Source of the DNA: Lytechinus pictus
Taxonomy: Eukaryota
Length of the DNA: 60,000 nucleotides
Assembly: GCF_037042905.1 (NCBI RefSeq)
Contig: NC_087245.1
Span: 12,216,001 to 12,276,000 of the forward strand
Direction: 5' to 3'
Shown: positions 39,651 to 52,000 of the stretch, piece after piece
Position numbering within the stretch: position 1 is the stretch's first letter
Layout of the letters: each line of letters opens with the position of its first letter
Made by a program: the position numbers and the translations under genes
Notes under the pieces: model-generated
Seen by the model: the letters and a program-made list of their open reading frames with translations, nothing else
Database searches by the model: none
Told to the model about the DNA's origin: nothing

Positions 39651-42450
39651 CGAAGAGACCTGTGGTGAACAAAAAATCTGTAAATAGACTCGTCAGCAAT
39701 CATGAACTTGAATTAGAGAATTGACTGCCATGCTTTCTATGTTTGGATGAATGGAATCGTGACTGTTATTCAGTGTTGTTTTGTAGTCTCGAGGACTTTG
39801 AGCAAGCCTGTACTGTGAAATGATCAACGGAGTTGTATATCATGCTGCCTACTAGAACCTGGTGATTAATCTACAAGAGCTCTGGGAATTCCAGTCAGCG
39901 GGGTAATTTAATTTACATACCATCAGAACACAGCTGCAGTGAAGTTAAACTTTACATCACTCAAAAGACTAAAGGTTGAGGCAACATTTCAGACCATGTA
40001 GGATAGGCCATATAAACATATCTTTGCTAGGCTGTCACAATCTTGTATCTCAAAATCAATTTTTTTTTAGAGCAGTTAAGAGAAAGCTGAATGGAATATG
40101 ACAATGGTGACAACCTCACATTATCTGAAAACAGTCTCCTAGTTCATGTAGAGACCTCTATCTAGGTAAAAGAAGGTTGCTACTTACATGTATGTCTAAC
40201 TATTAAATCAGCATTTTTCTGAGCTTTCCTTAAAAAATACAAAATTTTGAGTTTTACATGTTAAATTCCAGCAATGATATGTATTTACCTCTCATGAGAC
40301 AAGTTTCCTTTTAGCCAAACAAATTTCTTTGGTTCCAAGAAAATTTGTCAAAAAGCACTAGAGACACCAAATCCTAATTCCTATAAATCCTGCATTGCTT
40401 GAGATCTCCAAGCATTGGGTATCACGTTTAATGGGAAAGGCTGTGGTAGATTTAAGAAGATAAAAGAAATTCCCTAGTGTAGGAGTCTTGTGTCCATTGC
40501 ATAAGAACTGGCATGCCATCATTTGCTATAATTACTTAATTGAAGATCTAAAGAATCAGATTTGAATGCAACATGCCATGCATGCTGCTAAGAGGGACGT
40601 ATTGTAATGGAAGCAGGAAAATGAAAGTTTCATATACAGTGTAGAATTTTTATAGCAAACATTGAGAGCAAGAAGGATATTTAATTATTTCACTGATGAA
40701 GAATCATGAATTAAAGCCTGCAATGCAACATGTAAATTTTGATATAAAATATGACTTTTGGCGCAGTCACATTTTCCCTACAGCGAGTCGAAGACAGTCA
40801 TTTTATAATTTTTTGGACCAGCTACATATAGGTGGTTTGATAGGACTTTTTACTTCACCTGTATATATTTGCACAGCACACCTAAACCTGGCCATACACA
40901 CATGCCAAATAAACCTTCTGCAAGAATCTTCAACCCTGAAGGAGGCAGATGTAACCTGAAGAAGAATAAAAATAAATTAAACAGCTGTTTTTTACTCTCT
41001 GTACAGCCAATATGTGACTGCAGCATAAATGCAGACCTTTGTTTCTTGAGTATGTCCTTTTAATTTTTGTGCAGATATGTTGGATGTCTGTCATTTTATC
41101 TATAGAACTTTTTTTCTCATTGCAGTTCAACAGCTGTACATCCATTATCATTTCTTTTGAAATATTTTCATGAAAATGTTATTTTATCTTTTACTATGCA
41201 AAGGAATCAAATCATTGATATGGTTTATATGACTCTGAACGATTTGATGGTTGAAAATGCTGTGAAAAAAAATCTTCATATTCTAAAAGGAATGGAAGAT
41301 TTGATTTACCATTGTCATTGGAATGATACAAATATCACTTGGAAACATGAATAACATAGTGATGTTTAGAATGGCAAGGATGCCTTGGGTGCTTTCAGAT
41401 ATTGTCACTATTCCAAATGGGTAGCACTATCCGCAGCCAGTGACGATCAATACTTTGTCATTCATACATTATTGCCACTTGCAATAGATTGCAAGGTCAG
41501 GCAATCAGTAACTTGTCATTTAGAAGTAATCACCTCTTGAACTTTGTAGCAATTTTTATGATAATTGTCCAAGGCATGTCAGAATGCAAATAATATTGCA
41601 CTATGGATTGTAGGGCATAACACGCAATCCAAGCTCTACCCAGTTATTATCAATGATTGATTAGCTCTGATGGTAGGTGGAATAACTTTTGAAAAAAGAA
41701 ACACAAAAGAAAGTATGGCTAACAAAATGTACCTCCATACAGTTCTATGTATACAAACATTCCAATGCTGTTAATATATTTAGATGCTACAGCATTGAAA
41801 CTACAAGCCTAATAAAATTGCCTTTAAAACATGTAATTTCTGGTTGTGCAATTTCAGCATTAGTTTCTTATGCTCATTATAATAATCTTGAAGATATAAT
41901 ATATTCCATGTGTCAAATAATTGCCTTTGTTAAAGCAATTGTTTTTATTTATTTCTGAAGACTTAAATTTCTGCTTAGTCTATTTACAGACTTCTGTTTC
42001 AAGGAGATTCTACTATACATTACCTGCATAATTATCTAAATCAGAAAATTGAGTCATGCCTCTCTTTATATTTCTCCTATAGATATGTAAATCATAATAA
42101 TCTGTTTAATGGTAACAAGTTCATTGGGATACATGACTCTCATATGAACCCATATTAAAATGCCTTCATGATCAGCTTGGTCACTTTGTTTCCTTGCTTA
42201 CATATATGTATGGTTCATGAACATTTGACCCATTCTTGTCCCTTTGGAAAAAAAAATATTGTCATTGATAGGTTTTTACATGTACGGTATTGTCTTAAAG
42301 CATTATTTGCAAAAATAACAAAATATCAATTTCATTTGGCATATTATTGGTGGAAGGACATGCAGCTTTTATTCATAAATAATAAATCTATAGGATGCTA
42401 TTCTGATAGCCGTAGTTTAGTTAGCTTAGGGTTAACTTAGACCTTGTGGA

Positions 42451-42778
42451 AGAGCCGTGGTGTAGTGGTTCTGACTCTAGCTTTGAAAACAGAGGGTCTA
42501 GGGTCCTTTGGCAAGGCGTTAATCCACACTTTGCCACTCTCGACCCAGGTGCTAAATGGGTACCCGATAGGATGTGAAAGCCTATGTAGTATGCCTATAT
42601 TTTTAGCAATCAAGTCTTGGAACTCTTGTTGGAATGCTCTCCAGGGAGTGGAAAAGGTGCATACATTGTAAATTATGTGGGCATGCAAAGATCCGATGAC
42701 CAGGGTAATAATATGCTGTAAAGTGCTTTGGGCCATTATGGGAAAAGTGATATATAAAAGATAGCTATTATTATTATA
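42451..42778 (+). mobile_element. tRNA-derived SINE with (ATT)n tail
   Basis: gagccgtggtgtagtggtt (A box), core tcctttggcaaggcgttaatccacac...cccaggtgctaaatgggtacc, tail tattattattat. Confidence 0.75.
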
Positions 42779-45700
42779 TACATTTATGGATTGCCAGTTT
42801 TAAACTCATTCTCGAAGTAAACATTTTTCTAATCCTACAGCAAACAAAATGAAAATATGATCTTTACAGATTAATTGGTGGTACATTATCTTTGCCATGA
42901 TTATGGAAAAAGTGATCACCATTACTCAATGCCAATTCTGGGGAACTTTTCTGTTTGGCGTCCGAGCAGCGATTGGCTGACCGAAATCATCAACCAATCT
43001 CTGAGTGGCCGGTGACCGCTCGACAGCCTTTGATCCAACAAGTTCAATTTTTGACCTGAATTGTTCGAGGGCGACTGCTCGATTGTGTCGGCGCCCGGAT
43101 GGCGACCACCCTGGCTTTGAGCGCATTTAGGGTGGTGAATGAAAAGTGAGCAGGCGTCGCCATAATTTTAACTCGGCGCCAAATCTCGAGTGAAAACCGA
43201 GCGATGCCCCCAAAACCAGTGGTGCCGGGGCGAAATTGGCTAAAAACTCGCCGCCCAGTTGCCGAGCAGGCTAATTTTGATGGTTATGACCGTTGCCTAA
43301 GCTAACGGGAGCAACATTTGTCAATCACCAAGAAGATATCTAATTGAACACTCCTCTGATTTACATGTAAACTTAAAAATGATTTTAATACATGTTACCT
43401 TCATGTGATTTCAATAAATGAATTTATGTTTTTTTTTAATTGCTATACTTATGTAAAATATAATAAATATTCTTTGTTCAACTCTGTGAATTCATTATGA
43501 ACTATTAAATAATTACAACTGAACATTTTTTTTATTGTGCTTGTCTTTGACTTTATTGGGAAATAAAACTCATATTCAAAACAGCATACAAAGGATCCAC
43601 TTGGAAGAATATTATGTACAAAAATAATCTGAATTCATTACAATGGATGGGGATAAACACAAGATATTCATTTCATTTGTGGTGTAAAATTTAGGCTTTG
43701 ACAATATAAAGATGCCTTGTTTCCTTATTCAGTGATAGTACAAGAAACTACTCTTTCCAATTCCTCAATGAACAGCTGATCATTAATGTTTCTTCATTGA
43801 ATATTTAATCACTATTTCGGCTTCCTCTTGGAATAATGAGGTAAATTCAATTTATTCAATATAATCATATCTTACAGCCTTGACTGGGATTAAATCTAAG
43901 TAGGGCTACACATCAAAATGTATATATACATACACAGACATTTGCATTTCATTCATCATAAAAAATATACTGCATCAATAAGTTCATTATAATAAATCAA
44001 TAGACATATTCACTGTAAAGTTAATATATTATATATAAAAATTAATTCACAGAAAAGATGAACTTTTTTTCATAAATAGCTGCATGAAGAGTGAATGCGT
44101 ACAAAAAATGGACGGTTTCAAATGCAATATGCATATAGTTTGAAATAAAAGAATCAAGGTTTAGTGATTTAATCATACTTTATCATCTCAAAGATACTTT
44201 GAAAATGACAGGACGGACAGTAGAATACAGAAATAAGAAGCCGATGGGTCATTTGTAGAATAACACTGAATTTTCTCAATTTATACTCTGTACAGAAAAA
44301 AACTTCATCACTTCAATCTTTTGCCTTCTTGAGGACTTGAGATAATCAAGAAAATTTCATTAACAAAAAATCTCCCATTATTTTCATGTTTTATTCTTCA
44401 CAAGTTTTGAATAGATCCAGTTTGATATGCCAAAGAAAAGTATAATTCATCTCCTCTGTACAGGCATGTCTACTTTAAATTCACATACCAAATACATGTA
44501 CAACTTGACTGATAGTCAAATGTTTACTTCATATGCAATTGTTGCATTTCAAAACACAAGTGATAGAAAATATCAAATACCTATACACATTTAGGACACA
44601 TAGATTGTAGTCTTCCAACTGATTCCAGAAATCTCTGACCACAGCAGAGAAATAATATTAAAATGTTGACTTTCATACAGCTATCTCAATGCAATATTAA
44701 TAAATCTAATATACAATGAATTATATTTACACAATGTACATTATATTGACCCTATGTCGTCGTCTCGTCTGAAAGTAATTTTTTTAAAAGGTATATAAAA
44801 TTTCTACATCTTCCACTTAATTTATCTTCTCAGACTACAAGAAGAAATTTGACACATTTTTATATCCATTTCTATTCTAAATAAGTTTTTATGTAAGAAG
44901 TAAATTAAATACATAACAATTTGAAGTTGACATTCTATATGAAATATTCAACAAATTAGATGCACAAACATTTTTTAGACTGGTTCCATTTTCTGGGACT
45001 AAGTCACACCTACTTTCAATGTTAATTTTACATCATATTTTCATTGCAACTTTAAATAGTATATTCTTCCAAATCCTTGTGTAAAAACAACTTTGATGGT
45101 ATCTTTACAGCATTGTCTTCATTAAAATATCTGAAATCAATCAGGAGCTTAATATCAAGTGCACCATCATTGAATAATATGACTTCACCAAGAATATCTT
45201 TGGTTGAACAAGAACTGACTTTTAATGTATTAAAAATAAAACTGGATGCCAGAATAACAAAAATAGATATTCATTCACTTACAGCTAAAGCACAAATATT
45301 GTAAGAAATGTTCTTCACTATATCACACAAGATGCTTGGAAGTGTGGTTATTTAATTATTAATTTAAATGAAATTACATAAATGTTCACAAGATGAAATA
45401 ACTTGCAATTTGGATGTAGAATATGAGCTCTATTTCTGTATGTAACATCTTATGAATCTGTCATTTTCCATTAAAGCTTAGTCATAAATGATGAATGTTA
45501 GGTGTTTCAGCTCCAAGTTCAGAGATTTCATCTTATTCTTTTAATTACAATAAGTTCATATAAATTGAATGCAAAAAATATATATAAATAACTTCAGGTG
45601 TAAAAAGCTTCCTATAAAGCAACTCCATCAAATTAACTGCAAGACTGGAGATTAGATGCATCACTGCAGATAACTAAATCATTATGTATTCAAAAGAAGG

Positions 45701-45823
45701 TAGATACTATATTGTCAATAAGGAAAATTAAATTTTTAAACATTCTTTTGAATCTCCAGTTTTTGTATAATGTCAATTAAATACTCTCTCTATGATAATA
45801 AAATAAGGAATGGTGAGAGCACT

Positions 45824-46030
45824 CTATGTATCCAACTGACAGAGTAAGGCCACGCCCCTAGCAACCCAGTGAGTCTGTGGTTTTTCTGTTGGTATCTTCA
45901 GCATGAGAACAAAGTTGGTAGAATGTCCAGTGGTTGAGAGAGTACCCCTACGTTCACTGGTCTTGTATAGTGGTGCCTCATACACAGGTTTATCTGGAAG
46001 CTCTGAACGCTTCATTGGTTTCATCCAGAT
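45824..46030 (-). CDS. DNAH7: Dynein heavy chain terminal exon (coding part)
   Basis: attacag|[41 protein letters not shown]...[11 protein letters not shown]. Confidence 0.93.
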   Translation of the reverse strand: MWMKPMKRSELPDKPVYEAPLYKTSERRGTLSTTGHSTNFVLMLKIPTEKPQTHWVARGVALLCQLDT

Positions 46031-49000
46031 CTGTAATGGGGATGTGGGATGTAAAGATGAACATGTTAGGATTTATGATTAAGATTTTTATTGGATTAAA
46101 CTTGTATCTATTATTGTACAAAAATTATTCATTCTAAATCACATGAAATTCAATTCTTAAAACTTTACAATCTTAATCTCTACGATATCACATTTATGTA
46201 GAGGTATATTTTAAAAATGCACTGTTTTGGCACAAGTTGTGGGTTGAAAATGATCGCCCAAAAAGTGGTGAAATTTTTGAATTGCGTAAGAAAGCGAGAA
46301 CGGATTATCACAAAATTCTGAAAAAGACTGAGAGAGATAGATGTAATAAAGACTGATAAAATGGCAACTGCGATTGCATCAGGTAGTACCAGATCATTTT
46401 GGTCTGAGCTTAAGAAATACAATAGATCCAAGAATGTCAGTAGATACCCTAATGTTGTTGATGGTGTTCAAGGAAAAGATAGTATAGCTGGAATGTTTGC
46501 TGATAAATTTGACGGGTTATATAACAGTGTATCTTTCAGTGTTATGGATATGGTAGATCTTAAAAATGATATTGATAACTCTGTTGATAATAAATGCAGA
46601 TGCCACGAGTGTGTACAAGATGACCATATAATAACAGAAGAAGAGATATGTAATGCAATAGCTAAGTTGAATGGGTCTAAAAAAGACGATATTAGTGGAT
46701 TAATGTCTGACCATTTAATTCATGGTAAGAAGGTTATCAGTAAATATGTTGCTATGTTATTCACAGGGATGATCTGGCATGAAATGACACCTGACAGCAT
46801 GCTTCGAAGTACAATGATTCCAATTCCGAAAGGACGTTGGGCTAATTTGGGTGATTCGTGCAACTTTCGAGCAATTACGTTAAGTAGTATAATTGGAAAA
46901 GTGTTGGAGTTGGTGATTATGAAAAGATAAATTAATAACCTGTGCACTAGTGAGTTGCAGTTTGGCTTCAAAGAAGGGCTGTCGACAACTATGTGTACCA
47001 GTATGGTAAAAGAGACAGTGTCATACTTTGTTCATGAGAAGAGTAATGTATATGGTCTTGTATTAGACGCAAGCAAAGCCTTTGATAGAGTTAATTTTGT
47101 TAAATTGTTTAAAATCATGTTATGTAAAGGAGTATGTCCCATGTTTTGTAAACTTCTATTGAATATGTATTTGGACCAAAAGATCCGTCTAAGATGGAAC
47201 GGTGTTTATTCTGATTATTTTACTGTCTCTAACGGCGTAAAACAAGGTGGAATATTATCTCCCAGTCTATATTGTTTATATATTGATAGACTTCTGTCTA
47301 AACTCCAAGATAACGGTGAGGGTTGTTTTATGGGACAAGTATTTGCAGGTGCTTTCTCTTATGCTGATGATTTAATCCTACTGTCACCTAGTGTTGTTGC
47401 CCTCAACAGAATGATCCTTATTTGTCAAGATTATGCTTCGGAATATGATATAAAATTCAATAGTGAAAAGAGCCAGCTTATCATATTTACATGTGATAGA
47501 AAAAAGGTAATGGACCCAAAGATTAAAGTCAGTGGTAATCCAGTTCAGGTTGTGGATAGAATTTGTCATCTTGGTCACGTCATCAGTCAGGATATTTTTA
47601 GTGATGATGTTTCCAAACCTATAGGCGACTTTAATCCTCAGTGCAATATGGTTTTAAGCAATTTCAAACATGCCAAGTGTTATTTGCGTAATATTCTGTT
47701 TCAAAAATTTTGTTGTAGTTTTTATGGAACACAGTTATATGCACTATTTGACTCATCTTTGGATGCTTTATTTAGACACTGGAGAATAGCTGTTCGTAGA
47801 GTGTGGAAAGTTCCTTGGCAAACACACAATGTGTTATTACCCTTTTTGGCCAAAACGATGTGCATAAAATTGTGGTTTCATAGAAGATGCTTAAATTTTG
47901 TCTTGTCATCTCTCAAGGCTGATAACATTATTGTATCATATATAACAAAAATTAGTCAGTTTGGTTCATTCTCTGTGCTTGGAGGGAATATCAAATACTT
48001 GAATAGTAAATATATGATGGACCCTAGACAGGTAAATAGGCAGTGGAATAAGGTTCAATGCAACTTAGCTAATGTGGATCGCAAGGTTGAGCAAATTAGG
48101 GAACTCATTACAATGAGGGATGCAAAGGATGTATCTCATTTAACTGAAAGTGAATTGAAAGAACTGATTGCCTTTCTGTGCCTACAGGCATATTAATTCC
48201 TGGTCCTTTTTTTTTTTTTTTTTTTTTGAATGGATGTTTTTAAGTGTATTTTTTATATATTGAATATGTTTGTTTTGTAAATTGAAAAACATGTTTTTAT
48301 GTATATGTGCATTTTTATGCGAATAAAGAAGACTTTGAATTGAATTTGAATTGAATTGAATTTATTATGCAAAAGAATATGCCATTAACGGGTACTACCA
48401 ATAAAACACTAGAGCACTACATTATAACTCCTTGCAACGAAAGATGATTGCTTACATGAACTAATTAAGGTAAAACACTTAGCAAATTTTTTTGGGGAAA
48501 AAAATTATCTTGGTAATTATCTAAAATACATATGAATTTTGCTGTGCATATTTGGCATATGACTTATAATCATCATTCATCATGGATAAAGAATAATAAA
48601 CTGACTTACCACAGGCATTGTGTCATGGAGTACCTTTGGATGAGATTCTCCAATCTGTCGTGTTTTTCGGTCCCATCTGGCACCTTCCATGAACAAGCCT
48701 CTCACATACACACCTGAAAGTTACGGGAGATGAAAACATAACTAAGTTTATACTGCACAAAGACTTTCTGTATTATTACACCTTGGAACCAAAATCATTT
48801 CCATGGTAACTCCTACAAATACCATTACTACTACCACAAACACAACTAATATCACCACTTCTTCCCCAGTTACCCCTACAAAATCTACCACTATCGCCAC
48901 CACTTCAGAGACTTGCAGGAGAGTCTAACAGGGCATTGTGTACAGTAGCAAACCCGAAATAAAAATATCACTGCTACTGCAACTACCAAGACTATAAAAA

Positions 49001-52000
49001 TAAGTACCAATAACTATAAAAACTCCTTAGTCCACTAAAATTACCACTACTGCTATCATTAACATTGCTGTAGGCATCCCAAATGATGGTTTTCTATTGT
49101 TTCTACTGTGGTTTTCTATTACCTCTTTTATTGACAAACTCTTCTTCCCAACTACAAGAAACTAAAATTCTACGGAATTCTATCAAAGGAAAAGTTTTAC
49201 GCAGACATCCAGTCCTTTCAAACATGAAAATAGTTCTTGGCCACCCAATTTTAAACAACTAAATATCTACAGTCCCTACAAAAAATAATGAGTTGCTTAC
49301 CATCTTCGGGTGCCTTTTCGTGTTTCTTGTCATCAAGAACTTCCATGTCATAGCCCAGGAGATCAATGGGTATGGTGAACTTCCTGGCATAGTTCTGCTG
49401 GGCGCCAGTCAAGAAGGCTTGTGTGAAGAAGAAACCAGACATCCAGAACACAGGTGGTGGTCCTACATCATACCAGTCCTGATAAACAAGATCAGATGCA
49501 GATGAAGAAGATACGTCTAATGAGTGTCAATCAAGACATGGAAAGTATCCACTAAACAGAAGGATGCACATGGATGCATTCCACAGATGCATATTTCTAC
49601 AAATACGTTGTAAAACCTCAACAGAAAAGGTTGCTTGAGACCATAAAACTGACCATGATATGGCAGTAATCTTATCAATAAAATGGTTACAGCTAGGACC
49701 ACAAATCATTCCTTGTAAGACCAGGGTCCTGTAACACAAAGCTTAGTGATGAATAGCAAATATGAAATAACACTTCTGATTGGTTCCAAATTAGTATTTT
49801 AAACCAAATGCGCATGTAACATTGATATTGATTGGTCAGCCCATTCAGCGATGGATCGCTAATCTTTTTGTTACTGAGCCCAGATCTTTTTTCATGAGTT
49901 TTTATAAATTTTCAAACTTGTTTTTTATTCTAAGATTTATGCTTACCTGAAGGAACTTGAGCCTTGCTAAGAAGTCATTGACATAGCTACCAAGAGGTTT
50001 GAGTGATGGGTAAGATTTAGTCATCCACATTCCTGGTATCTTGCCCTTCAGGATGCTATTAGCCACATCCTCAAGCTCTGAAGACATCACCACCAAACCC
50101 TGAGAGAAAAATCACATGCAAAGAGGTAAGAAAGTGTAAGATGATATAGAATTCATTATAATATCATATATATAATTCACTCTAATGGGGGATAAATTAA
50201 CCTTTTTTTCAAGTATTTTGCAACATTTGTTTACATTTTGTGGTAGATATTCCTCAAAAAGATATTTGTGAAATATTTTGAAAGCAAAGAGAAGAACAGT
50301 GGGGCATTTCATAAATTCTTGTTGACTGACAAGTTGTCAGACAAATTCCTTGATCTTGATTGGCTAAGTAGCACACATGTCTGACAGTTACCATATTAAC
50401 ATTTGGATAAAATACTTTTTTGGATAAAACATCTGACAAGTCTTTTCATGAAATGCTTCCCTGAAATGAATAAATAGCTTTCAGAGTTAGCAAGGTAGTA
50501 ACAGTAAATGATACCTTGATAGCCTTCTGGATGTTGATGATACTTGATCTAACCACGGCCAGGAGGTTGTTAAACCTTCCCATCTCTTGCACCAGGACAG
50601 TGTTCATACTCTGGGTGTAGGTGGTGGGATACTTGCGTAGTCCGGCCTCAATGTCAAACTGTGGTGGTAGCTTGGCCAGGATGTCAGCAGCAACATCATT
50701 GACGATGTCATCGTTAGACTTAGCACCGCCTCCCGAAGAACGAGACTGAAATCACAAATGAAGTAAACATGTTATCCTCAAATTGTAAATCAGATAATTC
50801 TACAATATTGCAGTTATTCCATATAAGAACCACGCAGAACAACATGCAAATAAACAGGATGAATATAAAGCACATAAGCTGAGCACTAAAAATCAGTTGG
50901 GTAGGCCTGAATGAAGGTTGCTTTAATCTCTGATGTTCAGACAATTTTTTAGCATATTGTAGGCGATTATATTTTTACATTCAAAGTGTGTGTTTCATTT
51001 TAGTTTGTTCCAAATACAGTATTACCATGCACTGCATTCAAGTTTAAAAGTTTAATGACATTGTATCTTCAGAAAAACTTGTGAGGCATACTGGTAAGCT
51101 GTTAACAATTTTCTTATGCCATTTTTCATATTATACCAATATTTACACACAAAAAGTTTAGTATTTGATTAGTATCCATGCCATGCATTACTTTGATGAT
51201 TTCCACCCCTTCCTCCTTTTTTCAGGTGAAAATTTTTCATCACATTTTCATCAAATATGTTAGTGTTAAAAAACATTTTATGCTTCATTCCCTCTCATTT
51301 CTTTCCATGCACACATTTAATTACTCAGAAATCCACAATTGATGTTTGATTAACTTTATAATTTCTTGATAAAATATACCATGTGCACAAATTAAGTGGA
51401 AGGTGTGTGAATATATCAACATTATTATTTTACAAAAATTGTTGAACAGAATTTGAGTGTATGCTGTGTCACAATATTGTGTGGTAAAGGAAACTATTCA
51501 CACATTAACCTTGAAAAAGCTAACTTTTTTTCGAAGCTGATTGTTAATATATAATTTACATATTACCAAATTATATATAGTATTAATGTGCTTATAATGT
51601 GATATACTATCCAGTGCAATACATTTCCCACAAACAAGAAAAACAGTGCTCTGTTTATTTTCTTTTAATTCTAGTGTCACAACGAGGTCAATATATATAC
51701 CGGTATTTAGAGTGAGTCTTATTAATTTCACAACTGCAATATTAAAGTGCAAAATGAAATAAATGTGCAAATTTAAAAATGATTTATTCAATATTATTTG
51801 ATTTTTAAGTTAATTTTTTGACTATTTGATTTTTTTTTCATTTTTAACCGATTGTAGACTGAGCCCACACATACAGTCTCTGGTCTATCAAAATGCATGT
51901 TGTTGTATAATCAGCCAGTTTCCAATGGCTTAACACAATGTTTTTTATTAAAAAAACATTTGCTTTGATGTACATCTGCACTTTGCAACCCATAGATAAG

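Noticed and set aside
46928..46955. Frameshift or two-ORF organisation in the LINE
   Set aside because: Both ORFs are in the same frame; the break is a single in-frame TAA, most simply a nonsense mutation.
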